Shown piece by piece: positions 25,231 through 38,121 of a stretch of DNA of 64,000 bases. The stretch is from assembly GCA_013239625.1 (NCBI GenBank), contig MU053431.1:744001-808000 (forward strand), in the 5' to 3' direction. The position numbers and the translations under genes were made by a program. The first letter of the stretch is position 1; every line of letters starts with the position of its first letter. A model generated the notes under the pieces. It was not told the origin of the DNA. It ran no database searches and worked only from the letters and a program-made list of their open reading frames with translations. The DNA comes from Lama guanicoe. Taxonomy: Eukaryota.

Positions 25231-26329
25231 AAGGACAGGCGGGGAGGACCAACAGGACCACCGTAATGGAGGGACGCAATCTTGTCTGACAGCCTCCCCC
25301 TCCCTCAGGACTCGATGACTCGCTAGCCCCCTGTACGAGACAGCCTCTTCTGTTCAGGGAACCCCAGGGCGTCTGGTTCAACCGGCGAGGCACCACGGTT
25401 GGCTAGAAACCTCCCCCTCTCTCTCAAAAACGGATCTCTGCTCTCCGAGCTTAGCCGGCCTCAGTGATGTGTGATTACGACACCTCCTCCACCGCGTGTT
25501 ATTAATTTCATTTATAGCAGAGCCGATAACTCACACATTCAAGGCAGTTTGTCATGCATACCTGTAAATAGATTGAAAGTCTGCCGAAGCGTGCTGGGTA
25601 CACACGCGGCCGCAGCCCGCGCGTCTCCTGGCCCCCCGCCAAGGCCTCACCGCCGGGCGGTATTCTTCATCACGCATATGAATTTATGCCACCCCAGCCC
25701 CCGGCTCCCTCACCCCTGGAACTCCGCTCAGTCTCAGCGCTGCTGCCCCAGCCGGCTCTGTGGGCACTGCTCCCCGTGAAGGTGAAATGTCGCAGCCGTC
25801 ATGTTCCTATTGATTTAGAGGAGACGCCTCCACGCCTGCCCACTCGGTGGTCTCTGTTCCGTGCCCTGCGCCAACAGCACCCCGCTGTGTATGAGGCGAG
25901 TGGACACGGGCAGGGCGACCCGGACAGAGGGGGCTGGGGCCGCAGGAGCCGCAGAGCTCGGGACACAGGGTGCGCTGCCCCCATTCCCCCCAGAGTGGCC
26001 TGGAGTCACCAGAAGGGTCCTCGGTGCTGCAGTCTGAATAATCAACGTGGTTCCGGCCAGAGAAGCAAGCTGCTTGCTTAGGGCAAGTCTTTTATTTATT
26101 TTTTCTTTTAGGGCTGCATCCAAAAATAGCAAAATGGACATTTAGGAATTTCACAAACCTTTTGATAATACCCTCATTTCCCAAAATTTATCCCATAGAT
26201 GTTGTGGTATATACACTCCCGGGGGCACGTCTTCACGGCGGGGGTGCGACTGCTTTGTGGACACCTGTGGTTTCTGCCTTCTCGGCGTCTGTGCCCCGGC
26301 TGGTAGCAGACCTTCGGTGTTTATGGGGC

Positions 26330-26826
26330 AGGTGACCTCCTCATCCATGAGGGTCAGGGGGATTGACTCCGCCCCTGCCTCCAGTGTGGTCATGTGACCC
26401 AGAGCTGGCCGATCACAGCATCAGCTCCCCCAGCGTGGTGACTAGTTCAGGGAACTAAGATGACAGACCAGCGTGGTCCAGTGAGGCTCGTTCCAGGACT
26501 CTTGCCAAGGCAGTTGAATAAGGTCAGTTCTCCTACTTCTTGCGTTTCTGAGAAGGCAGGATATAAGCATTGAGCTGCTAATGTAAACATCCTGCAACTA
26601 GAAGGAGAAAGCCTTATTCAGGATGAAGCTATATGTGCAAAACGGAAGGGGGCAAAGCCCAGAGGTCAAGAGAGGTCTAGTCAGCACCTGGATCTAGCCA
26701 TGCCTGAAGCCAGCATATGTCTTGGTTTTGGGTTACCTGAGCCAACATATATTTTTCTATTCTTTTTTAAATTATGAGTTGGGATTCACTCTCTTCTGAC
26801 TGAAAAACAATATCCTGATAATACAA
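26330..26826 (+). mobile_element. MaLR LTR (MLT1K-like)
   Basis: ggtcatgtgacccagagctggccgatca, agcacctggatctagccatgcctgaagccag, gttacctgagccaa and terminal tcctgataataca. Confidence 0.75.
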
Positions 26827-27944
26827 CTGAGAGCCCGAATACCAAGAATCAGAGTCTCCGCAACCCTTTCTGCAATTGTTCGTCTTTCCTTGCAGTCTCA
26901 AGTGTCTGATTCCAAGTTAGCAGTGGATTTTGAGTTCCTTCAAGTGCTATCCTTCGTAAATCCAACCTCTCAGCCTTTCAGAGTGCAGTGATCAGATCGT
27001 GTGGAAGGAAGATGTCCTTTTAAAATGAAAAGGGAAAGCCGGTTTTCTCTACAGTCTTTTCTTGGTGAATGTGTGTCACCTCTTCCTCTTGGCATTTTCA
27101 GCCCCTCATCCTCCACCCTACACTCTCCTGCTGTGCAGACAACCGGATCCTCCCCGGGCTCTAGAAAGGCCTCAGTCTCGGCTCTCCCAGCCCCTGCCCT
27201 TGGGTTCAGAGAATGGGGCAGACGGCTGAGATCCCTGTCCAGCCGGCGGCCTCTGGCTCCCCTCGCCCAGTGAAGGGGCCACATGTGAGTACTATACATG
27301 AATACAGTTCAGTTGAATTGTAAATTTTACTTCGTTTTACACAGATGGAGTCAATGGCATTGGAACACAACAGGAAACTGTGTGTAAATGAGCGCACACA
27401 ATTACGGAGACGGCTAGGCAATCGTGCCCCCGGGCGCGGCAGGGCCGCCACTGGACTCTGAGACACAAGCCGCCCGAGTCCTCACTTTGCTCTAACCTCA
27501 GAAAAGCAGTCGAACCACAGACGATACTTGGGTTTCCGACTGCAGTGTAAACGCTGGCTGGGCTGGAGGCCCGTGTCCTCTGCTGATAGGAAGCCTCCCG
27601 TGATTCAGATGAGCCTGGGGGGTAAGAGGCCAACGCCAGCTGTGTGGTTGGAAAACCAGGACTCAGTTTTCTGTTGCGTGTGAGTGGGGTTTAAACCCCC
27701 TGCCCGCCTCTGCTGTGCTGTTACTGACGTTCAGGGCAGCCGGCAGCGAGGTTTTGCAGAGTCTGTTGCTGCGGTTGTGCAGGACACAGGGCCGGTCTCT
27801 CCTGATGTGGGGATGCTTCCAGGGAGGAGGATCTGCTGAAAATCCATGTGGACTGTGTTTTGGGCCCTGTGGTCTCAACTGGATTCCCTGAAGGTAGAGC
27901 TTGAGACAGAGACCGAGGTGCAGATAGTTTATTTAAAGGTGATG

Positions 27945-29123
27945 TCTACTGGTTTCTGTATGTTGATTTTTTATCCTTCCACTTTACTGAATTATTAATT
28001 ATTAACTAATTAATTCCCCCCCTTGAACATGACCTTAGCTGTGGGCTTGTCATAGACGGTCTTTTTATGCCAATAGAGTTTGCTTCTATGGCTATTTTGG
28101 GGGGGAATTTTTATCATGAAAGGATCTTGAACTTTGTCAAATGCTTTCACCAAATCTCCTAATATAATCATGAAATTCCTTGCCCTTTTCTCTGCTAATG
28201 TGGTGCATCACATTACACTTGTATGTTGAACCATCCTTGCATCCCAGGGATAAATCCCACTTGGCCACAAATGGATACCCTTTTAATGGATTGTTGCATT
28301 TAGTTTGCTAGTATTTTGTTGAGGACTTTTGCACATGTTCATCAGGGATATTGCCTGATGAAAATAATTTTCTTGTGCCTTTTTCTGGCTTTAGTATCAG
28401 GGTATGCTGGCCTCATAAAATGAGTTTGGAAGTGTTCTGTCCTCTTTAATTTTTTTGGAAAAATTTGAAGATTGGTATTAATTTGTCTTTAAATGTAGAA
28501 TTCACCAGTGAAGCCATCTGCTCCTGGAAACTTCTTTTTTGGGAGGGTTTTGATGACTGATTCAATCTCCTAAGTCACTGTTGGTCTGTTCAGACTTTGT
28601 CTCCCTGGTTCAGTCTTGGTAGGTTTTCTGTTCCTAGGAATTCACACATTTCTTCTAAATTGTCTAATTAGGCGGTGTACAACTTTCCATAGCTGTCTCT
28701 TATGGCCCTTCGAATTTCTGTAGAATCTTTGTAATCTCTTTCATTTCCGATTTTATTTGATTTCTCTTTTTTCTAAAGCAGGCTAAAGTTTTATCAATTT
28801 TGTTTGTCTTCCCAAAAGAACAACTCTTAGTTTCTCTTATTTTTGTTTTTTTAAGTCTCTATTTCGTTTATTTCTGCTCTACTCTTTGCTGTAGACTTCC
28901 GTTTGCTCACTTTAGGATTAGTTTTGATTTCTTCTGTTTCCTAATTCCTGGAGGTATAAAACCAGGCTGTTGTTTTTGTTTTTTGTTTTGTTTTGCTTTT
29001 TTTTTTTTGAGAGCTTTCTTCTTTTTTCATGCAGGCATTTGCCACTATAAATTTCCCTCTTAGTACTGCTTTTGCTGCATCCCATAAATTTTGCTATGTT
29101 GTGTTTTCATTTTCGTTTGTCCC
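27945..29123 (-). mobile_element. L1 ORF2 internal fragment(s)
   Basis: Classic antisense ORF2 text: ttagctgtgggcttgtcatagac, gttgaaccatccttgcatcccagggataaatcccacttg, tttgctagtattttgttgaggac, tagaattcaccagtgaagccatctg and ctataaatttccctcttagtactgcttttgctgcatcccata. Confidence 0.92.
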
Positions 29124-30169
29124 AAGACTGGGGACAGAGGCTCCTGTGGCTGCTTGTTTGACACCTCCACGGAGTCACATTTGGGAGGTTTGTTCCTTCC
29201 TCGGCTGTGCCTCTGGACTATCAGAGACCAAGCCTCTCAGAGGCCAGACCCCTACCCAGTGCGGGAACGACTCCGCATGGGCTCATACCAGGGTCACGTG
29301 TCTGGCCTCCAAAGTCAGGGGAGCCAGGGAGTTTTCAAATGATAGAAACACATCCCTGGCTTGGCTCCCACAGTTGCCATCTTAGAGATGCTTTACCCTC
29401 CATTTTCCCCAGCATAATTTCCTCTCGAGGCACCACGTCTATGCGGGGAGCAACAACAGGCAACTGATGCTCCCTAGCTCCTTGGCCTCTGCTCCAGACC
29501 TAACTCGCACAGCCACCTGCGCCTCCGGGGAACCCTCCAGCCTCACCCAGGGCTGCTCCGTCTTTAGGAAAACACCAGGGCAGAGTCTCAAGGAGGGACA
29601 TGTAACTTGCATTTAGTCTCTTGAAATGCATTGTCTCACTTTTTTTTTTTTTTTGGTCTTTCCCCTCCTCCTCACCGTCTCCTTATGGGGTTGGAGAAAA
29701 ATGAGTTGAGATACACGATTCCTATCTTGCTTTTCCTCTGCAAACAAGAGTGTGAGCAGAATAAGGCATTCCATATGTGAAGGGAAGGCGTGAGAGGGCT
29801 TGCGTGCTGAGCTGAGGCCGCCTGGGAATGGCTACTTCCTTGCAGCTGCATGAGAGAAGCAAACCTCATTAGGGACGTGCTTGGATTTTCAGGGTCCAAG
29901 TTCTGTGATTACAGCTGAATCGACTAGATGCTGGGCTAACTCAGCTGCCTCGGACAGGCTGTTCCCTGCAGGTACCAGGAAGAGCAGGCGTTGCCTCCCT
30001 CCCCAACAATGTCAAAAGGCAGTAGGACAGCCTGTGAGCTCACCTGCATCACAGGCTCCTGGAGGTGGGAGTATGGTTCCTCCCTGTGTCCCCCCGTAAG
30101 CGGCTAAGTGAGCCGGCATTGGAGACAGCTGGGCTGGGTCTGAGTCTACCCTGCCTCTGAGCTGCGCAT

Positions 30170-30620
30170 GTTACAGTTAGCTATCGACTGCCGTGTAACA
30201 AATCACCCATAACTTAGTGTCTTCAATCATCCGCCTCTAATGGTATCTTACAGTTTTGCAGGCCAGGAAACTTGTTCCTGGAGCTGCTCAGTTGGTGGAT
30301 AGGCTGGTCCAGAAGGTCCTGGGAAGCTTCACTCACAAGGTGGGCTTCACTCACAGCTGGAAGGCCCCCTGCACACAGCCTCTCCAGCATGGTGGCCTCA
30401 GGGGTTAGACTTCCTACATGGAAACTCAGGATCCCAGAGAGTGTGTTCCAAGAAGTCCCCTGGGAGCTGCAAGGCTTCTTATGATGTAGTATCAGGGGCC
30501 TCAGGGGTCAGTTCTGTCACATTTGGCCAAACGAGCCATGAAGGCCAGCCCAGACTCAGGGGAGGGGAGTTCAGCTTCACTTCTCGATGGAAAGAGTAAC
30601 AAACACTTGGATGCCATCCT
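30170..30620 (-). mobile_element. MaLR LTR (MLT1G/H-like) inserted between MIR-like pieces
   Basis: gttagctat...tgtaacaaatcaccc...aacttagtg, ctccagcatggtggcctcaggggttagacttcctacatgg and aaggccagcccagactcaggggagggga. MIR-like sequence lies at ~30120-30170 and ~30650-30770. Confidence 0.75.
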
Positions 30621-32609
30621 GTCTCTGAACAGGCAGAGCTGACACTTTGTTTACAAGCCCCGTTTCTTCCGGAGTAAATAAGGACAATGATGGGCCCAAC
30701 TTCAGAAAACGCACATGAGGATAAAATAAGACAGTGCACTTAGAACACTCGGCCTTTGGCCCGTGAATAGGGTCAGCAGGGAAGGCGGTTCAGGCTGGAT
30801 GGAAGCTCCTGACCACCGGAGTCCCAGTGCCCACCAGCCATGCCAGCCTCTTCCAGCCACATCATCTCTCTGGCGCTTTCACAGTGCTCCTCTGGACACT
30901 GAATTTCAAGTGCAATAAATCGGCTCCTGGGTGGGAAGGGCCATGGGGCTCAGCGAAGACCGTAATCTCTTAAGAGCAATGAGTGTATTGAGAACGTGCC
31001 TTCTCCACGAAAGAGATCATTGAAATCCCAAACAGAAGAAGGTGGTTGGCAAGTGCAGAGTGCTTCATGTTGCCAGCTCCCAAGTCTTGAGCACCTGAGT
31101 GGGAGAGCGTCAGGGCAACTTTGTTCATTGGCATCTACAAATCCCGGTTGTGGTCAGCGCTCAGCAGGACTCAGGAGACGACAGGTGTGACCAGCAGAGT
31201 CCAGCGCAGGTGGCTCACCCAGGCCCGGAGCCACCCAGCGCACCCTTTTCCATGTGCAGCCGCGGATCAGTCCTAGTCCACTTGCTGTGGTAGGGGTCTT
31301 GTTCTGGGGGATCAGTTCTACAGTTTAGCTTCAGAGCTGGGTCACCTGTTGAGCAGAGCGGGGGACCATGTTTGTACTGCCCCCCACTTTCTTTCTTCTG
31401 GGCTCCTCATCTCCCACATAGAGCCCAGCAGCCTTGACCCTCCCCACTGCCCTACCTGGATAGGTGATACCCCTGCCACTCCTAGACCCCAGTCACATTC
31501 CCCTCCATCAAATCGGGTACTCACTGGCCCAACTCATGGGAGCCCCTTTATTAGAAAGATATCAGAAATCAAGTCACAATAAGCTGCTCAAGGTGGAAAC
31601 ATTTGAAGTGGTTTCATGCCTCAGCCACCAGCGGGCACGCTCAGTCACCCGGGAACATGGAGAGCAGAGTCCCTGAGGCCCCAGCTTGATGTTTGCCAAA
31701 CAGGAATCAATCTGCAGGCCTGGGCTGGGGTCCAAGCACCCATATTTTAAGACGCTTGTTAGGTGGTTGGAGAACCCCTGCCTTATCCCAAAGATGTGAA
31801 TTTTGCAGGGGTCGGGACTTCGAACAGGTGTCTGTCCAACTGCCTCTGCAGCCTCTACTCCATCAGTGCTTCGGCCATGGACCCAGAAGCAAAGGCAAAA
31901 GGAGGGCTTGTCTCCGGGGGGCAGGACGGCGTCTCTGGCCCTGCACTTAGCGGGCTGCCCGTGCCCAGTCCTCCAGTGCTCGTCCCCCTGCACCCGAGCA
32001 GCACGAATGGGGGCTGTCATGCCCCCCAGGGAATCCAGCCAGCTCTCGACAGCCCTGGGACTTGCGTTCTGGAGAAGGCAGTCAGTAGTCATCCTCCCAG
32101 CGTTTGATAATAAAACCAGTGAACCATGACCTGAAAGGATCCGACCGGTGACTCTACAGGTGGAAGGTGCCTCCCCACAGGACCCCGAGGGGCTGACGCC
32201 GTCAGGACGCCCCACAGCTCGGAGAGGCCCGTCATGTTCCGCTTCTGTCCCACCTTCCTGGTCTCTCTTGTGTTTTATTGCCACTTGCTGTCTACTCGTA
32301 TTTCCAACATCTCCCCCATTTTCTCCCTCCCCTTGAATCTCATGTCACCTGTTTTGCTGTTTAATTGGCTTCCTCTCCTCCGACACTTGTTTTTATCATC
32401 CCCCTTGCCCTCCCTACCCAGCCCCCCACCCCCTGACCTTCCAAATCCCTTGTTGGTGCTTCAGGCTGAATCACCTCCTCTGGTCCTCCCGCCCTGGTGC
32501 TCATGGGAAGAGAGAAGAAAAACCGCCCGCAGTCCTTCCTCCCAGGCCGGGGGCAGCCTTGCGGGACCCCTCCCACGCCCCCGGGCTGTCCAGGAGATGC
32601 TCCTCCTCT

Positions 32610-33215
32610 CCCAGTCATCCACTCATTCACTTATTCAGACATTTGCCCGCTCTGGGCTGCACCGTCCCAGTGCTGGGGAGAGAGCAGTGGGTCGGGGAGA
32701 GGTGCCTCAGCACCGCAGACATCAGAAAGCAAGAACCAGAGCGACAGGGCAAAAGGTCCCGGCTGAGCAGAGGTGGGTGGGCAGCCTTGCTGGGGGTCCC
32801 GCAGGGCCCCTCTGACCTGCAGCCTCCAGGCTGAGCAGCAGTCAGCCCTGCGAGGACCTGGGACAGAATGTTCCCAACAGCAAGTGCGGGACCTCGGAAG
32901 CAGGACCCAGCTCTGAGGAGCAAGGCCAGTGGAGGGGGCGTGGTTAGGACAGGGGCCGGGTGGCGCAGGTCCTTGTGGGCCACAGAGAGACCATTACTGA
33001 GGGTCCAACCCGAGGGCATGAAGCAGGGCTGGATGTGACGTCTCTGAGTCAAGGTTTCTAGAGGACCCTGCGGGGCCTGGTCTGCAGAGAGGCGGGGAGG
33101 CTGGAGAGGAGAGGCCGCTGCAGGGATCCAGGTGGGAGACGAGAGTGGGGGGCGGTTCGATCCCCAGCTGGAGGCCAGTGGGCGGACTTGGGATCTGCTC
33201 TCGGGGAAGGATCAA
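32610..33215 (-). mobile_element. L2 3' region
   Basis: Starts with the L2 tail repeat cattcacttattcagacattt, then gtcagccctgcgaggacctggg...aatgttcccaacagcaagtgc, aaggccagtgg and gaggccgctgcagggatccaggtgggagac. Confidence 0.7.
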
Positions 33216-35389
33216 CAGCAGCAGAGAAAGTAAAAGGGAACAAAACCGATTCTCTGCCCCCACCCGGAGGGCACAGGGGCACCAGGCCTCCAAGACACAG
33301 CCGGCACGGCTCCCCCATGCTGAGGGGTCCCAGGGGCGTTGAGGGGCGTGGGCAGTGCCATGGCCCTAGGAGTCGGGGCCCGCCCGTCCTGGGGACACGG
33401 GGGCTGTGACAGGGTGGGCGCCCCCCTCACTGACGTTTACTCATCTTCACGCATCCGCTGAGGCCACCGCGACCTCCTTTTCTCCTCCTGGTGAAAACCA
33501 GCCAAGGACAAGCCAGACACCGTGCGGGTCGTGAGCAGGTGCTGTCACTAGCTTCCTGTGACATGTACTCCCTGCTCCCACCCTGGAGTCCCCCTTTCCT
33601 AACAACAGACGGGAAACAAATAGCAAAAGAGGCACAGAGACCAGAGCCCCCCAGATCCTGAGACGACCTGGGGTGCCCGCACCGTCCCAGTTTGGCTGTG
33701 TTGTTCTGACCCTTTTCCCTTCTGCTCTACAGAAGTTCCCAAAGGTCCAAAGTCCCTGCCCAACTCCTTCCAGGCCCAGAGGAGCAGCAGCACCTGGGCA
33801 ACCAGATCCAGCACAGCCCAGGCCCTTCTCAAAACCCAGTAAAGCTGACCAACTCCCTAGGGCCACTGGCACGGGCCAGGGTGTGGGTCTAGACTCGGGC
33901 AGCCCCGGGTCAAGGTCCCAGCCCTCCGCCTGCTCCAGGCCGTGGCTTCCTGCTCTGTCTGACGAGCGCATGAGGTCGCCCAGGTGCTCCTGTGCTGCTG
34001 GCTAGGGCCAGAGTGGTCCTCACTGCCTTATCCAGCTGGCCACTGGGGGCCGGACGCGGGGCTACGTGGGGAGGGGTAGCTACACTGGGCGCCCACCCTC
34101 CAGGCCCTTGGAGGAGTATCAGGGGAGGCATACGGAAAACAGCTCCTCGACAGTGAGACAGTGTGACAGCAGGAGGTGTGTACGAAGTCCTAGGCCAGCC
34201 GGAGCCAGCCCTGTGTCCCTGAAGAAAGGCCAGTGTGAGATAGAGAGGTCGCCTCCCACAGGAAAGCTGACTGACTGGCTCCCAACGGGGGCACACGTTT
34301 GTGCTCCTGGTGGGGCCAGAGGTCAAGTTCTCGGGGTGGGGCTGGGGCCGTGGGAGGGGGCAACTGAGCCTAAGCCTGGAAAAGGATGAAGATGCAGTGA
34401 GGGTGGGAAGGGACGTCTGCGCCTTCCCTCCTGGGGTGTCTGCCCCCGGAGCACGAAGCGGTCCCCTGGGTTGTGTCACACTGCCCAGTGCAGAAGCGCA
34501 GCCTGGCCAAGCGCCGGCCCGTGACCCGGACAGCCCCCCACGCCTCCAGGTCTGTCTCTGTCTGCAGAACGTGGGAAAGCCCACCTCCTGGGTGTGTGAG
34601 AACACACGAGGTGACAGTTCCCAGCCCCTCCACACAAATTATCAACAGACACTGAGGGAGAAGGACGATGTTGGTGAGAACAAGACAGTAATGGCAGCGG
34701 CCGTCCCCCTTCCCCCAGGGCAGTCCGCTGGGCAAGTGTCGGCGGAGCTGAAGGCAGAGCCGCTCGTGCTGGCCTGTCTCTGTCACTCGCGCGTTTTCCC
34801 CTTCAGACTGTTCTCGTGGGTTCCACGTGGGGAGGTTTGCTCGAGCGGGCGGCAGTCTGCACTCATTTCTGTAGCATCTGAGCACCTTCAGTTGCCCACA
34901 AAGATTCTGCTTTATTCCAGGGACACACCTTTTGCTAACTTCTCCCTGCTTCCTGTATAAAGCAGCTTTTTGTCTAGCATTGAAGTGTCGAAAAAAAAAT
35001 AATGATAAATAATGGAAAAACAAATTAACATCAGATGACAAGGCAGGGGAACGTGGCCCCAACGCAAGTGTTCGGTTAGCTTCCAAAGTGAACCCCTTGG
35101 TTCACACACGCCTCCCCAGCAGGTGGGAGGGAGCAGGTGCTCGCCCAGCACACGTCTGCGGGCCCGTCACAGTCACGGGGAGACAGTCACTGACATGCCA
35201 CCCTCCCAGCTGAATTTTCTTAATCTCTCTTAGAAACAAAAGCAAGCTCTTCTCCTGGGCTCCTCAGCCAGCAGCCTGAGAGGACAGCTCCTCCTCCAGG
35301 TGGGCCGTCCCCCGCTGGGCTGGGCAGAGCAGGGCTGGCTGGAGCCCTGCCCCAGGGCAGCTGTGTCTCCAGCTCCCCAGCTCCCCAGG

Positions 35390-35780
35390 ACACCCAGATT
35401 CAGCAGATCCAAGGGGGTCCAGGAAGCAGCATTTCTATGATGCTCCCAGGAGCTGCCCATGTTGGTGGGAGAGGCCAGTGGTTCTCAAACATGAGCTTGC
35501 GTGAACAACAGCCCAAGAGGCTGTTAAAAGGCCAGGCCCCAGGCTCTGTTCCCCAAAGTGCCAAGCCAGTGGGTCCCGGGTGGAGCCCAGGAGTCTGCAT
35601 CTTCACGAGCCTCAGAGGATTCTGCAGCAGCTCATCTGAGGACAGAGGTGGGGCGGGAGGAGGGTCCATTCATGTGCAGACTTCCATTTGGTAGGTCTTG
35701 GGGGTGGCCTGAGGTTCTGCAGTGTCAAGAAGCCCCCTCAGGGAGTCCGCGCTGCCGGCCTGAGGACTATCCTCTGGAAT
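35390..35780. mobile_element. Cluster of MER5A/B-like fragments
   Basis: cagtggttctcaaac at ~35477, gggtggagcccaggagtctgcatc and ggggtggcctgaggttctgca. Confidence 0.65.
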
Positions 35781-37799
35781 CTGCTGCCTCGTATTTCAGA
35801 CCGTCTCCTCCTTCCTCCCAGTGTATCCTCACTGCCTCATTCACAGCAAGTCTGATAAACCAATGCTCTCTGCTGGACTTGAATCAGTTACTGCAGTGTG
35901 TCTGAAAATGTGAGTTCCCAAAGACATCATATGCTGTGTACACGGGCTTCCTCCAGACAGTGAGATCGGGAAATGCTCCCCAGGCCAGGAGCACAGGGCC
36001 CGGGTGGGAACACTGGTGCTGAAGTCCACTCCCCCTCCTGCCCTGGCGAGCGTTGGCGGTGATAACAGACCCTGTCGTGGCATCAGGATGGCTCTGCGAG
36101 TTACTGCACACGAAGCTCCACCTTGTGCATCGCCCAAGGCTGGTGGTTGTCAGGAAAGCGCACCTGGTCTGCAAGTCACCTCGAGCTTCGGGAGCGTCAA
36201 GGTTCTGGGACACTCAGTGGTAGGAAGCGTGGTGCCGAGTCTCCTCCAGTCTTTGGGTCTCAGGACGCCCCACTCAACACCATTTAAAACAATTCCATTT
36301 GGCATGCATGTTTGCACCGAGCAGTTTCAGGGAGGCTGGCAGAGCAGGTGCTGGGTGCTGGGATCGCCCTCCTGGGAAACACTCCATATCACGCTCAGGC
36401 CTCTGGAGACAAGGGCGCGTTCCAGCCCCGGACATTTCAGGACAATAGCGAGGACCTGGGCTGGCCCCTCTTAGCTCCCTTGGCAGTGATGAAGTCCTCT
36501 GAGCAAGGGGAGAGTCTGAAGGGTCTCTGAGAGGTGTCAGCACACTGCTGAGGAATGGAGTCCCCAGCATGGGATCTGGGTGAATCTGGCCACGAAACCT
36601 CACTGGTGACACAGGATCTGTGCTGAGTCTGAACATAAAGATGGGCCAGGCACATTCAGCCACTTACAGGGTCACCCTGCTCCTCTCCCATCAGCCTGGG
36701 AATGGGCAATGCTCGGGCTGGGTGTGACAGGCCGGTACTGATCCAGTGTCCCCTTTAGTTGTCTCACAGTGACTGGGTGAAAAACCCAAAGTCGCCCCAT
36801 GATCTTGGATACATCACTTACCCTGCCCATCCTGAGTTCTCTAAAGTCTGATTTCCTGAAGTCCAAGGCAGCAGGCTGACCGGCGGGCTGCCCCGCCCCT
36901 GTGCAAGGGTTCTGGGTAGGATGGGTGGGGGCTGGGCCACAGCTTTCCTGCCCTCCTGCCCGAGCTGGCTCTGGCCTGGGCTCAGCAGTTCACTCAGTCT
37001 TCATCCCCTCCTTTGCAGCGTATCTCTTAAACCAGAACTAATGTATTCTGGACACAGAGCTCTCCAAACCAAGACAAAGAAAACCTGAAATATCTGAGCA
37101 AACACCACCACTTCTCTTTACATCTCCAAGCCAGACGAGAAGGAGCAGGAACAGCCACTCCCTTTCCAAGCTGTACGTATTTCTCACTTGATGATCCCTT
37201 AGAGAAGTGTCCCCCCAGTTCAGAAATCGCCCAAGCGGGGACATGGAGCCGCCCGCCTGCGGGCGACATTCCTGACAGCTCTTCACGGTGGGCGTCTCTG
37301 CCTTTCCCTTCCCGGGGCCTCTAATTTCCTTCTTGGCTTCTCAGGCCTAACACTATTCTGATGCACAGATCAGCATTAGCCCCTTCCCGGTCCTTAAGGG
37401 CGTATCACAGCCCGGGGCCCAGACCTGGACCGTCCTGTGCCCTGTGGGTCTATGCCGCCTGCTGACGAACCGCAGCCCTGGTCCCCTCTGCTCTTCCCGG
37501 TTGGCTAGTCTCTGAAGGGGAACTCCTGACAGACCCAAAGCAGTGCAAGACCGGGAGGTGGGCCTGGGTCAGGGGGTCAGTGGGAAGACCCTTGAAACAT
37601 ACAGGACAGATGGGTGTGCCCACCCCCACTGTGGGCCAAGGCAGGAAGTTGGACCTAGGCAACAGGGGCTTCCTACCCAGAAGGGGCACCCAGGGTTTGG
37701 GAGCTGGGACCCCTGCGCCTTGTTCAGTCTTCACGACCCCCACCCTTCCACTTCTCCCCTGTAGAACATGGGTGCCAGATGCCCTGTCCCGGCCGGGTG

Positions 37800-37920
37800 G
37801 TGCGGCGGAGCGAGGCGGAGGGGCGCGGGCGCGAGGGGCTCGGGTGCGGCGCGGGGGGCGCGGCGCCTTTAAGGCCCGCGTCAGGCCGGGCTGCGGGGCG
37901 GGGCTTCGGCGGGGCCGCCG
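37800..37920 (+). promoter_or_regulatory. Putative CDH4 core promoter: TATA-like TTTAA (37868-37872) flanked by GC boxes and G-runs
   Basis: GCCTTTAAGGC is the only AT patch in the GC-rich block. GGGGCGGGG (Sp/KLF box) lies at ~37895, with several G-runs upstream. It sits ~200 nt 5' of the exon 1 coding part. The TSS is inferred, not observed. Confidence 0.55.
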
Positions 37921-38064
37921 CGCCGCTTCACCTGCAGTTCCGAGCGCGAGGAACAGAGGCGCGGGCGGCTGTGAGGCCGGCGGACGCACCGGCCCGAGGG
38001 AGCGCGCCGCCGGCCCGACTTGGCCTCGCTCCCGGAGCACGGCGGCGGTCGCGGCATCGCAGCC

Positions 38065-38121
38065 TGAACCCGGGGCTCCGGCGTGCTCCTCGTCCTGCTC
38101 TCGCTCTCCGGCGCGCTCCGG
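38065..38121 (+). CDS. CDH4: Cadherin-4 (R-cadherin) exon 1 coding part, signal peptide; start codon not intact in this sequence
   Basis: Reads *-T-R-G-S-G-V-L-L-V-L-L-S-L-S-G-A-L-R followed by a consensus donor CGG|GTAAGT (intron starts 38122). Matches the human CDH4 N-terminus as I recall it (MTAGAGVLLLLLSLSGALR, 57 coding nt, phase 0). The codon-1 position 38065-38067 is TGA rather than ATG. Confidence 0.9.

Noticed and set aside
32705-32725. REST/RE1-like motif tcagcaccgcagacatc
   Set aside because: The right half-site deviates from GGACAG and it lies within an L2 relic; too weak to call.
1-37700. An additional protein-coding gene or processed pseudogene upstream of CDH4
   Set aside because: No ORF resembles a known protein apart from transposon remnants, and I saw no consistent exon chain. 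Unannotated lncRNA exons cannot be excluded from sequence alone.
37768-37781. Upstream ATGs as a substitute CDH4 start
   Set aside because: They lie 5' of the TATA-like element, and the in-frame TGA at 38065 blocks any upstream start in the signal-peptide frame as the sequence stands.
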